Positions 50,670 to 63,395 of a stretch of DNA of 64,000 bases are shown in pieces (the stretch's first letter is position 1; every line of letters starts with the position of its first letter). A program made the position numbers and the translations under genes. This DNA comes from Lama guanicoe (lineage: Eukaryota), in assembly GCA_013239625.1 (NCBI GenBank), contig MU055415.1, positions 3,940,011 to 4,004,010 on the forward strand, in the 5' to 3' direction. The notes under the pieces were generated by a model. It did not search any database, had not been told where the DNA came from, and saw only the letters and a list, made by a program, of their open reading frames with translations.

Positions 50670-50910
50670 AGCAGAGGAGCAGAGAATGTGGCTTCTGGAT
50701 CCAAACCACCCAAATCAATGTCCTAGCTCTGACAACAGAAGCTATGCAAACATGTAAACATGGTCTAGATATTTTACTTGTTTCTCAGTTTCTTCATCTG
50801 TAAAATGAAACGAGAACAAAATTGATCCCATGAGGTTGCTGAGAGGATTAAATGTAACTGTCTAAAACAATGTCTAGCACATACTAAGTATTCAATATAT
50901 GTTTGTGAAT
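50670..50910 (+). mobile_element. MIR SINE
   Basis: tctcagtttcttcatctgtaaaatg…gctgagaggattaaatg…tctagcacatactaagtattcaata. Confidence 0.8.
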
Positions 50911-52015
50911 AGTTTATTATTACAAGAATAGAACACAATGGATCTGACTTCAGCACAAATCACATCTCTTATAACATTGTGCCTGTAATTAGTAAAATAT
51001 GATATGATCAACCTAAAAGACAAACATTAACCTAGTCCTTCAGGAATATTGGCTTACTCATCTCCCAGACATTCTTCTGCCCTGTAGAGCTCTGGTAGTT
51101 ACTGCTGACCATGGGGTAAGAGTGTGAATCAGGGAGGGTGAAGAATGCTTGATCACTCATTCAGTTCAATAATGAATTATCGAGCTACATGCCTGGCTTT
51201 GCAGTAGGCACTTGGAATACTATATTGTGTAAGGCACTGCATGCTAGCTGGAGAGAGGAGAAACAAACATCTAAGTCCTGGAAGAAGAGGCACAGGGTGC
51301 AATGGGAGCAGGTTAACAGGAGGTCCTAGTGTAATTTAAGACACAAAGAAAAGCTTTCCAGAAAAATAATAACTAGCACTTGCGAGTGTACGAATTTCTG
51401 ATAGACATGCTATCTCATCGTTGATTCTTCACAAAGACCCCAGTCCCTATTTCAGAGGTAGGGAAGCTGAGATGCAGACAGGATATCTGGCTAGATGGGG
51501 TTTTTTCCCTCATTTCCAAAAATGCACTGAGATTCTCATGAAATGAAAAACCTACTTAGATGGTACATAAGGTTCTCCTTCTTATCCCTGAGCAGGCAAA
51601 ATCCACGGTGAGCCAAATTCTAACACACCCAACCGTGAACAGCAAACAACTTGCTTTGACTTTTTTCTTAAGCATTAACAGGAAATCCCAAGCTAAATTT
51701 AAGTTGGGCTTTTAGAAAGACACAATTCAAGGAAAAATAATCCACATCCAGTTTTGTTTGCCCTCCATTAAGAAGAATACAAACCAGCTGCAGTCACTAT
51801 TAAATGCTCAGAAAGTACTCAGACAAATCCGCATCTCTGCTGGCATTCCACCGATGGTTTGTCTTGGAGTTTGCTACCTTACAATTATGCTGGAATTCAT
51901 TTGTTATTAGGTTATAGTGAGAGATATATTGTTTGATACTTCTTGTTAAACTAACGTAAAATACCAAAACCATTCATTTGAACTGGGTTATGGGCAAAAA
52001 TAAAATTAGGCTGTC

Positions 52016-53325
52016 TTTTTTTTAAATTTCAGTACAGTAAATTTACAATGTTGTATTAATTTCTGGTGTACAGCAATAGTGATTCAGTTATACATACATA
52101 CATACATACATTCCTTTTCATATTCTTTTTCATTATAGGTTACTACAAGATATTGAATATAGTTCTCTGTGCTATACAGAATTAACTTGTTGTTTATCTA
52201 TTTTATATATAGTAGTTAGTATCCACAAATCCCAAACTCCCAGTTTATCCCTTCTCTGCCCCTTCCCCTCTTGGTGACTATAAGTTTGTTTTCTATGTCT
52301 GTGAGTCTGTCTCTGTTTTGTAAATAAGTTTGTGTCCTTTTTTTTTTTTTTTAAGATTCCACGTATAGGTGATATCATATGGTATTTTTCTTTCTTTTTC
52401 TGGCTTACTTAANNNNNNNNNNNNNNNNNNNNNNNNNNNNNNNNNNNNNNNNNNNNNNNNNNNNNNNNNNNNNNNNNNNNNNNNNNNNNNNNNNNNNNNN
52501 NNNNNNNNNNNNNNNNNNNNNNNNNNNNNNNNNNNNNNNNNNNNNNNNNNNNNNNNNNNNNNNNNNNNNNNNNNNNNNNNNNNNNNNNNNNNNNNNNNNN
52601 NNNNNNNNNNNNNNNNNNNNNNNCTTTTTGAATTAGAGTTTCCACCAAATATTTGCCCAGAAGTGAGATTGCTGGATCATAGGGTAATAAGTGTTTTCAG
52701 TTTTTTTAAGGAATGTCCATACTGTTTTCCATAAGGGCTGCACCAAACTACATTCCCACCGACACTGTAGGAGGGTTCCCTTTTCTCCTCNNNNNNNNNN
52801 NNNNNNNNNNNNNNNNNNNNNNNNNNNNNNNNNNNNNNNNNNNNNNNNNNNNNNNNNNNNNNNNNNNNNNNNNNNNNNNNNNNNNNNNNNNNNNNNNNNN
52901 NNNNNNNNNNNNNNNNNNNNNNNNNNNNNNNNNNNNNNNNNNNNNNNNNNNNNNCCCATTTTTTGATCAGGTTGTTGTTTTTTTGTTGTTATTGAGTTGT
53001 ATGAGCTGGTTGTATATTCTGGAAATTAATGCCTTNNNNNNNNNNNNNNNNNNNNNNNNNNNNNNNNNNNNNNNNNNNNNNNNNNNNNNNNNNNNNNNNN
53101 NNNNNNNNNNNNNNNNNNNNNNNNNNNNNNNNNNNNNNNNNNNNNNNNNNNNNNNNNNNNNNNNNNNNNNNNNNNNNNTAGACTGCCCTAGGAGAACACT
53201 GTTACAGAGTGAACATTTATATCAGAGAATGTTTTGCCTATGTTCTCTTCTGGGAGGTTTACGGTATCTCATATTTAAGTCTTTAAGCCATTTTGAGTTT
53301 ATTTTTGTGTATGATGTGAGAGAAT
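52016..53325 (-). mobile_element. 5'-truncated young LINE-1 (ORF2 end + 3'UTR)
   Basis: Poly-T then tttacaatgttgtattaatttctggtgtacagc; minus-strand peptide [24 protein letters not shown]; N blocks 52413-52623, 52791-52954 and 53036-53178; no clear TSD found. Confidence 0.92.
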
Positions 53326-53344
53326 CTTGAAGGGTGTCTTACCC

Positions 53345-53640
53345 ATTCAACCCCTTCTTTAAATGGGTAACCATTGTCATTGATTTCTTATGTATCCTTT
53401 TAGAGTTTCTTCAGAATTCAATCAAATATTTCAAATTTGCTCCTTTTCACTTAAAAGCAGTATGCTACACATACTTGTCTGCAATTCATTTTTTTTTTTC
53501 ACTTAATGATGTGTCTTCAAGATCTTCACATATCAGTATTTGTTTTTAGAACTTTCCAGTGTATAAATGTAGCATAATTTAGTGACTGGTTCCCAGTTGA
53601 AGAGTATTTGATTTATACTAATCTTTTGCTCTTACAGCTA
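53345..53640 (-). mobile_element. Ancient L1 (L1ME-like) 3' fragment
   Basis: ggtaaccattgtcattgatttcttatgtatccttttagag…ttttcacttaatgatgtgtcttcaagatcttc. Confidence 0.6.
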
Positions 53641-53699
53641 AACCCGGTAACATGAACGTTCACTGACTATATGAGTGCTTCTAAATTTCCAGCCTTGTA

Positions 53700-53980
53700 T
53701 GCGGTTAGGATGGGGATAAAGCCAGTGAGATAAGGATAGATTTAATATAAGCTATTTCCAGCCATGAACCTTAAACCTCTTCTGTGTAACCTTCCAATAC
53801 TCTCTTCTCATGTAAAGATCCGTTGGAAATCACATGTTCCAGATGGGAGAACTATAAGATGAAGGAGAGCCGCCCCACTAGCATGTGACTGTGCTGTGAC
53901 TGCAAAATAGGCTGTCGTTGTGTTAGGCCCCTGAGATTTTGTGGCTACTACAGCACCACCTATTATTTCCAACTAATACA
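53700..53980 (+). mobile_element. MaLR LTR 3' part (MLT1J-like)
   Basis: cacatgttccagatgg…ttgtgttaggcccctgagatttt…acagcaccacctattatttccaactaataca terminus. Confidence 0.65.
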
Positions 53981-56356
53981 GACCTATTGCTTCACGTAAG
54001 TACAAATATATTTATGAAGTAAATTCCCCAAAGTGGAATTTCATTTTTAGCTTTAACTTCTCCTCAGAATCTCTAAGACTAGGTTTTCATCAGATTGTGT
54101 AATTCAACCCAGTGCTTCTCATCTTAACCCTGGCCTCATGTTTCATTGACATTTGCCCTAGTTTAGGTCCTTCCTGTTTACCACCTGGCAAGTCTCCTTG
54201 CTGCTGATCTTGAACTTTTAACTGTCCTTGCACATGGCTGCCAGATTTATCTTTCTCTGTTCTTAAAACTCATGCATTTTCCCCTGACCCTCTAAAACAA
54301 ATACCCTAAAGGTTGCCAGCTGTCTACAGGATCAGTTCTAGATTTTTTAGCCTGGTATTCAGGCCTGCCCACACCAGCATATAGAAGAAAGTTACCAGTA
54401 CAGTGTCTGGAGTAGGTATTCAATAAATGGTGGCAACTGTTATATCTTGTAGTCCAGAACAAAACAGACTGTATATATAGCTGACATTCAGTAAATAATT
54501 GTTGGCCCATGGACTCTATTAGGGAGAATTCATGTGAGTTATGCTACCATAGGAGTCCTTGGTTTTTTGGTTTTTATTTTTGGTTTTTTTCTCTCTACTA
54601 GCCTGGTTTTAAGGTTAATCTCTGAGAGTATTGCTTAATCAGAAAACTGGATGGCAAGGCTCATATAATTCTCAGTTAAACATCCAGAGAAGCATTTCTT
54701 TGTAATTGGGGTGGATTATGCAATAGTATATATGCCATCCAAGGATGATTGTACCACTTAAGGCAATACTAAAAACAATGTGTCACACTGAATATTCATA
54801 TTGAACATCCATACCTAAATGATACTGCTAACTCATAATCAAGTTGAACAGCTTCTTTAAGCATTTTTAACTGTAACATTCCAAGACATAAGTATTTGCA
54901 TGTTGTTACCTCATGAATTTGAAGTGAACCCATGCATAATCGTAAGTGTTTAAAAATGTTCATGGGTGGAATGTGGTGTTCCTTGAGGAGCTAGCTGCAT
55001 TTCTGTAACAGGAATTTTGAGGTGCAATTTTATTTCTGTTGATAAAGGCTAAATGTTTATTCAAAAAAGAAACAAGTTTTCAAAAATGATGGTTATTTTT
55101 CACATTAACTAATTTAAAAGAAGAAAATGTGTGAAATTATTCTGAGGGGTAAATCCAGTGGTCTTGGAAATTTTGAATACATAAAAAATGAAAACACTAT
55201 ATTGTCATGCTTAAACTGAGAGGGCTATGAAAATAAATCACCTCTAAATCTCTTTAAATTTGGTTCCATTGTGAACAAAACTCATTATTAAGAACCAAAC
55301 AGTTTCAAGGACAGGATGGATATAAAACAATACACATTATATGATTTCATTTATAGTACATGTACAAGAAATTTGAATTCAGCATTTTGTTACTGATTTG
55401 GGACAGAATTTTTGTGACAGTTCAGTTGAAGAACAGGAATAAAACAAAAGTCAGTTTTTCTCTCCCTTTCTTTCCCACTTCCTTGCTTGCTAGTAATTTC
55501 ATATTTGTCTCTCCTTTACAAAACTGTGTGAAGTATCCAAGTCCTGAAATCTCATTTAACAACGAATCAAGTTACAAACCTTAAATGGCACAAAGAAATA
55601 ATGAAGTACAGTTTTCATTGGGCTTTGCTGAGGAAACCTCCAAAATATTAGCAGATTCTTACCAAATTAATCCTCCAGCAACATTACTTATAGAAATCCC
55701 ATGGTAGTCTCTAATAATTTGCAAAAAATAAAGTTCAAGTAGGGAGCTGATAGATCCTTTCACAAAATGCTTTTAGAAGCAACGACCTAGTCTGTGTGAA
55801 AGCTATGGAAATTAAAGCATGTCCTTTTGTAGATGCAAACTCTGTCTCTAAATGAAATATTTCAGGGAGAAAAGTGGAATCTCAGAGAGTCTGAAAGTGT
55901 CATCCAGGAATTTTTATGGTGTGAGCATAAATTGGAATGCATATTTAAGCAGAAGCAAGAATTACTTTATTTACTATGATTATTAATGACAATTTCTGTA
56001 ATAACAACGCAAATGATTTCTAAATATTTCTATTCCCAATACCTGACATCCACTTTTATTTTCACCTACTTTTCCCACTTTGCACCTTTCCATTCTTTCT
56101 TACCTCATATCACATGCTCCTCTATTGTGAGATCTTCTTTCCTTTTCTGCTTTTTTCTGGAAACCAGGAATGGGTTCTTCTAAACCGTGACATTTCTGGA
56201 AATAGAGTATTGAAATAATTGCAATCTATAATGTATAGATTTTACATTTTAATAAATTAGGTATCTATAAATTTAAAAGAAATAGCTACCCTCTTTTCTA
56301 TTATCTACCTCTACTGAAAACAGCTTTCCCACTCACCCTCCCTACTTCACCAGCAC

Positions 56357-56765
56357 ACGTGCGCACACACACGCACACACGCGCGTGCACACACACACAC
56401 ACACAGAAATAGTAAACCAAAGAACAGTGGAAGGTATACTGTTATTAGACCAGTCTTTTAGTTTGCCCCTTGTAGGCGACATGGGAAATTATTAGACATG
56501 GAAGAGATACATTCTTGTTTGGAGTGCTTTTGGACTGATAGATTTTTAAAGATTTTTATCAACGTGCGCACACACACGCACACACGCGCGTGCACACACA
56601 CACACACACAGAAATAGTAAACCAAAGAACAGTGGAAGGTATACTGTTATTCGACCAGTCTTTTAGTTTGCCCCTTGTAGGCGACATGGAAAATTATTAG
56701 ACATGGAAGAGATATATTCTTGTTTGGAGTGCTTTTGGACTGATAGATTTTTAAAGATTTTTATC
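56357..56765. repeat. 205-bp-period tandem duplication; each copy starts with a (CA/CG)n compound microsatellite
   Basis: Copies 56357-56560 and 56562-56765 are identical except for 3 substitutions. Confidence 0.95.
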
Positions 56766-58410
56766 TCATGTGATATAATCTATAGTCTCAGTAATTAGTG
56801 GCATGGCCATCCAAACTATGTTCGTGGTACTCCCCTCCCAGCCCCTGTTACTACTGGGATTCTGTATCTCTAGGATAAATTGAATACATATCTGTCAGCA
56901 AAGCTGTTTTTCATTATATGTCTCTAATACACATTTGTAGTTATGATGCGGTGTTTGACCATGGCAGGACAGAAAAGTGTAACATGAGTGGACCAGTAGG
57001 CAAAAAGTAGAACATGAGAGTAACTTCTTTTTTTCCAGACTCACAGTTATTTCTGGTTGAGAGTTGGAAGTTAGGAATAGCTGGATTCTAAATCTCTTAA
57101 GATGGTATCAAATGAAGACACCTTAGAGTATAGCTGTAAGAGATACAAATCGCAAATCTGTTTTTCAGTCTTTTTTAGCTGAAAGGGCTGAATAAGAAAG
57201 GTATATAACACAAAATGTCTGAAGTATTTTGGGTGAATTTGAGAAATTGAGATTAGAGGATTTTTCTTTTCCTGCTTGTAATAATAGCAGTAAGGCATTG
57301 CTGAAGAGGGTGGCATTAACTCCAAGAAACAAATGAGATATTTTTGTCAAGAAGAGAAGGACATTTTCACAGAAAAGATGATTACCCTGGAATTGGTTTC
57401 AGAGCGCATGTGCATGGGCTTTGTAATGGGGACGATGGCAAGGCTTCAGTCACACAATCAGCCAGCCTTTCTAATTGTGTTGAGGCTTGACTCAAGAATA
57501 GAAGAACAGACTGAAGACCCATGATTATAGCTTGAGTTGCTTTTAGGTAAGACATACCCTTGGGTCTTATGAGTAAAGTTAAACAATGAAAAGATAATTG
57601 AAGTGTAAGCAAGGCAAAAGCATATTGTAGACATAAAATCACAGCCTGGCGTATAACTGTAATTCTGACGTTTGATCTTCATGGCATTTGCGGACTTCCT
57701 TGGGACAGGAATGGGTCTTTATCTTTTGCAAGCTCCACCACACACCTAGCCATGTCATAGACATGGGCCTGCTATGTCTTAGACGTGGTTCTTTGTCAGA
57801 GATGCTTTACGGGCTAGTCAACAAAGCAAAACATTGACCAGAGCTGGCTATTTATTTTCTTAATGGGAAAGTTGAAATATTTTTCTCTTTCTGTATAACC
57901 AATTTCTTTGTTGAACTTTTTGCACTTTTGGGTATAAGTATCTCAAGAAGGAGAGTTTATGCACAACTTGAAATACTCACACAATTTGAAAGTCACAGCA
58001 TCATACCACTTCAGTCACTTGAACTCAAAACTTACAACACCTAGAAGTTTTCAAATAATAACTTGTATTTCCCATATTACACACACTTTAAAATATTTAG
58101 ATGTTTTCCATATTGAATGGATAGACACATTGCACACTTCCCAGAAAACCCTTAATTTTATGTTGACAATGAAGTGCTAGACTAAGAAGGAAACTCTTCA
58201 ATTCTTGAATGGATTGAGGAAAGTTACTGCTAAAGTACTGTCAGGATTATGATTCCTTTAATGACATTTTAATTGTAGTTCTAGTAATTTTTCTTTTGAT
58301 GCACATACTGATTATACTTAATTAAAAACACAGTTCTTATATTTGGAAACTTTCCCATTTTATTCTTAGGCTAAGTGCTTTGCAAGGTAATAGAGGTTTG
58401 TAGGCAAAGA

Positions 58411-58502
58411 CATGTATTAGGTTCATAGTTAAACTAACAAAATGACATTGTTTTTAAGAAAAGAAACGTAGCAAAGGTCAAAACTTGAGAAAGTAGGCAC
58501 TG
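58411..58502. repeat. ~92-bp dispersed direct repeat, copy 1 (copy 2 at 59941-60033)
   Basis: aatgacattgtttttaag…agcaaaggtcaaaacttgagaaagtaggca occurs twice, 1530 bp apart, ~90% identical by hand alignment. Confidence 0.9.
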
Positions 58503-59756
58503 TATTCTCAAAAAGCTCACTTACTAATTTTCATTATTTACCTTCCTCATCTGAACAAATTAATTGTCCTGAATTCTAATGGCATTTAAAATGAAAGAGT
58601 TAAAAAAAATGAAAGTCTAAGTCAAATGAAAGGAAATGCTTTGTATTCAGCCCATGTATGTGCTGAACCTGGTTGAATTAAAAAAAAAAAAAAGAATATA
58701 TTCCAGACTCAACCTATGAGTGAGTATTGTAGGGAAAATGCAAATTAAAAACTAGCTTAAAAAGAGATTAGCAATCTATAACCAGCAATGGAATTATTAC
58801 AATAGTGTTTTTGAAGGAAGTTCCATAAAGGTAGTAGTGATGTGATAATTCATAACATGGTTTTTTTCTCTTATATTTTCTCCACACTTTTTGTATTACG
58901 GTTGTATTTAAACCATTAAATATTTAGAACTCTGTATTAGAGCTAGTGCTCATAATGTTAAATTGAGACTATCAGATCTGTTAGAGTTATTCATTACATT
59001 TATTGAATTTGTTTCAATACCTAAAGTTTAAAATACAAAAACATGAACACTAAGAGACCTAATATTATGACCTGAAAGAGAACAGACTGAAACTATATAC
59101 CTGTGCTAAGTTCTCACCTTTACTAGCGAGCACTTGTATTCTGTTGCTCAGAGCTACTCAGCTTTTCTGTGTCTCAGCTGACTTGAATGTCCTGCGGCTG
59201 GTTTGCTAGTTTTCAGTCTTAGAAGCTGATTATTGCTTAGGCAACTTGGTTCCACTTAATCATGATGAAGGAAATTATTATATGGATATATTTATTCCAT
59301 TTAATTATGTTCCTATGAATTCATTTACCTGAATAGTAAAATAGATGGACTGTGCACTGTAATCATTTTCATATAAGAAATCCAAAGAACTTACAGCTGT
59401 GCTTGTAAAGAGGCAGTGATAATACCTGCTTCCTAAGATAGTTGGGATTAAATGAGACAGTACATGTGTGTGACCAGAGCGGTGCCTGGCATATAGTAAG
59501 CTTTCCATACATACTGTATTTTTAAATTATTGAGTTTATTATTATTTTCCTTTTTATCTAAGTAAAACTGGCAATTCGCAAGTTGGACTGGAGATCATAG
59601 TGTTTGAACTGATAGACTTTATAAGGATAATTTTAATCAAAGATTCAAAGTGATCTGGCTTCCCTGGAAGAGAGAAGAGCTAGAAATTTAGAGATTTATT
59701 ATAGAAATATATTTAGCAAACCTGTGGGTGTCCATATGGGATGGCATAAAGTTAAA

Positions 59757-60080
59757 GGCAGCGTGGTAAGTGCAGGTAAAGTAGGGAGCTTGCAGCAGAA
59801 AGGTGTGGGGAGCCTAACTCTTGTTTACTACCTGTGTGACTCCAGTCACATCACTTAGACTTTTCAGAGTCAAGCCTTAGCTTTTGTGTTTGTAAAATAC
59901 AGCTCATTTTGCAGTCCACAAACTTGTCATGAAGTTCCAACATTCATTAGCTTCATGGTTAATCTAACACAATGACATTGTTTTTAAGGAAAAGAAACTT
60001 AGCAAAGGTCAAAACTTGAGAAAGTAGGCATTGAACATTGCACTTACACTGTCTGGCATGCAATAGGGTCTCACAAAGTA
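59757..60080 (+). mobile_element. MIR SINE interrupted by the ~92-bp duplicated segment
   Basis: ctacctgtgtgactcc…tcacttagac…tgtaaaat…ttgtcatgaag, then the insert, then gcacttacactgtctggcatgcaatagggtctca. Confidence 0.7.
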
Positions 60081-60929
60081 ATTCATAATTTGTTTTTGTT
60101 AAATTAAACTTGTAATAGTCTAATTAAAAGATCATGTAGTGCCAAAGTCTTAAATTACGTATACTGGTGATGGCCCTACATACCATTTCCTTGTAATTAT
60201 ATTTCCCCTACTGATCCCATTAAAATTAGTAACTGATGTTTTCTAAGTATCAGTTTCGTTTTCACTGTTGATGATTCATTGCTTTATATTCTATGTAGTG
60301 TATTTTCCTTCAAAGTAACTGTAGTTTAAAAAGCATGTGGGTTTCCAGTCCTCCATCCTTGCTCCCTTCTCCCCTCAAATGAGAGCTCCATTCGGACCTT
60401 GTCTACCCTTGAGTTACAGAGAATAGATTGTTTTAACGAATGTATTAATCTAAAAAGCTAATCAATTTAGGCAAAGGGATTGGTGTTTCTGGTGTTAACA
60501 TCTTAAATTCACCTGTGAAAGGTCCACTTAGGATTTGTCAACCCTCTTTTTACTTGGAGGCATGAAACAGCAAGCAGGCAGATGTGCCCTGGTGGTCTTA
60601 GGTACACTAACAGTGCCCTGCCCTGTGCACTACACCGCTCAAATAGATTATGCTGACGTTCAGTTTTAATGACTAGATTTTAGGAGAGATGCAACCACCG
60701 TAGGTTGATCAAATATCAGAAATAAAAATAAATATGTTGAGAGAGCAGGAAACTTCCTGGGCTGTTGTTAATTCACCGAATATTTAATGAGCTCCACCAT
60801 GTAGAGGATGTGCTAGAGCAGTGCTTTCACAATTCTGAGAGAAATTTTTCTTAACCTAGAATTCTGTAACCAGCCCAAGTACCAATCAAGTGTAAGAGCA
60901 GATGAAAGATATTTCTACTGCTATGAGCA

Positions 60930-62100
60930 CTTGGAAAGCTTGCATCACAGACACTCTTGCATCGGAAGTTTCATGACTTTATATTCAACGAGGGAGTAAA
61001 CCCAGAAAAAGGAAACCAATGTAGGAAATAGTGGAGTCAACTCAGAAGAGCAAGGAAGATACAGTGGTGGAAAGTCTCGGAATGACAGGTATACAAATGG
61101 CTTGCGAAGCAATTGAGATAAAAAACAAAAGTTCGGAAGCTTCGGGAAGAAGCTTAGAGAAACAATGTCTTGAGAGAATAAATTATATAATCAAGAATTT
61201 GTAGATAACTGAAAGTATGATAGAAAAGGCAAACAGCATAAGAAAAAGACAAGGCAGTTAGAAACTGGGGGTGCCTGGCGGAGAAACTGTATTTTATGGG
61301 CCAACCACAAAGCAAACTATATAAGACAGTAGAAATTAAAAACAAAACAAATTTGATGCATTTTTAAATGAATGATTTGTGAAAGGGAAAAATATAATCC
61401 GTTTGACCTTAATGTGAGGAATATTTTCTCATCGGTGATCCAAGACTTCTGACATTAGATCTGTAGAGGGAAAAAAAATAAAAAATACATATATTTATAT
61501 ATAAAATGCTAACATATTACCTGGCTTGGCCCTGAACAGTTATTTACAGAGTAATTGTACTACAGAATCCATTTATTGATTTTCAACTTTCAGAGGTAAC
61601 CTATAGCAAAATATAGAAATTGTTATAGTTGCATGACAAAATATAATTATCAACAATCTTGAACGTATAGAAGTAAAAGTTTAGCTGACAGAAGAGAGAA
61701 AGAACAGTGAAGTTGGAAGGAAGATTAATGGCTAATATTGACATCTTAAAAATAGTGGAGTTGAGAAAGTCTATTGAAAAGTGATGAAATAAGAAATAGA
61801 TTTTTAGGGAAGTATTTACAATTACAGAGATAGTGATAAAATGACTAAAATACTATTATAAATACCAAACATCTGAAGATAAAATGACAGTAGGAGAGTG
61901 AGGTCAGTGGCTTACATCCTCATCTTTCATGTGAGGGAGTCAGTAGTTAAAAATCAAATTGACAAATAAAAAATTAGGAGGTATATTCCTATTGTACTGT
62001 AGTTAAATGATGACCTAAAAATGGATTTAAAGTGGAAACAGTTTAGTGTCAGGAGTTAAGTATGTGTTGGGGTAAGAGATTCGCAGCTTTTCTAGACAGT
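60930..62100 (+). mobile_element. Ancient L1ME/HAL1-like relic
   Basis: A-rich, degraded LINE-like sequence (…gaacagttatttacagagtaat…tattgattttcaactt…); subfamily uncertain. Confidence 0.4.
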
Positions 62101-63360
62101 TTGTATGAAAATAGAAATAGGAGTATTTGCATCTATTCTTTTTCATTTTTTTAAAATTGCTTTTAAAGTAACATCTACACTGGTTAAAGCAGTGTGTTGC
62201 TCTCACTTGATTGCCTATTACCTCCTGTGTTTCACCTCTGACACAGTTAACTCTTCGGGGGTAGGTGCTGAATTTCTTGAGGGTTACTCACAGAGTCAAA
62301 CATAAGGATTGCTCAATAAAAGTAAATAAATATAACTTGATTGCTTGAGCATCTATATCAGCCTCTTTACTAGGAAACACAAACTTATGGGTGCATATAA
62401 GTCTGCTCCTTGTTAACTCAACTAACATTTACTGAGCAACTGTTTTCAAGGCTGTCCATGGACTCAAGGTACAATGTTATTTCAGTTTGTTAAGTATACA
62501 TATAAAGTTTATTTCATCAGCATCGTCTCAGTTTTTATTATGTGCCAAGCACTATCTCGGCCTTGGAGATACTATGGTTACTATGAAAGAGTCCTTGTTC
62601 TCTTGGACTTAGGGTCTCCTGGTTCCCCCAAAAGGCACTGCGTACCTGCTGCATATTGTCTGGTTGACTGATTACGATGTGTCAGTACTCCAGATACCTG
62701 TAGAGTAAAGGAACTTGTAGAATGTCCCAGTTCACATACTAGCAAAGAGTTCACAAACCCTGGAGAAGACTCTACCTTTCAGTAGAAAAAAAATTTAATG
62801 CAAGTGTGTCACATAATGAAGGTCTCTTAGGCCTGATCTTTAAGAATGAGAAGAAGCTCCCCACCCCTGTTCATAGTACTGAAGTCATATTCATTCATGG
62901 CTGTTACATGTGGCAATATACAGGAGTAAACATAGGAGTATTCATTTTTTATTTCTAAAGCCTTATTAAGAGATCAAATAATTTTTATTGCTTAGATAAT
63001 TTAGGGATCTAAATGAGAGTAATATATTTGTAAATTTGCACCAGTTTATGTGTGGGAGGGTGAATGCTACAGGAATAATTGGAGAAGGCAATGATCAGAA
63101 TGGTTTGTGGTAATTTTGGGGTCACATGCAAATTGGGAGTTGTATCCACGAATACTTTTTCTTTAAATATACATGATTTTATATCCTGTCTTCTCCCTTT
63201 TCAAGAGCCTCCAAATATACATCTCAGTTCCTCCATCCAATCTCTGCACCTGGCACAATGGAAACAGATGGAAGAATCCAAAGTCTCAATTATAGCTGCC
63301 TTTGAATGTATAACGAATTCCTGTTTTGAAGTCTTGTGAATTAGAAACACTGTGCCAGCA

Positions 63361-63395
63361 CTCTGCCACCTCGTGGCTTCTGGAGTCATTGCAAC
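63361..63395 (-). promoter_or_regulatory. CTCF binding motif with upstream (ZF9-11) module
   Basis: Minus strand reads GTTGCAATGACTCCAGAAGCCACGAGGTGGCAGAG: core CCACGAGGTGGCAG with TGCAA starting 17 nt before CCAC. Confidence 0.7.

Noticed and set aside
61135-61149. Perfect three-unit heat-shock element gGAAgcTTCggGAAg
   Set aside because: Only 9 fixed bases, so roughly one is expected by chance in 64 kb; it lies in an old repeat far from the promoter
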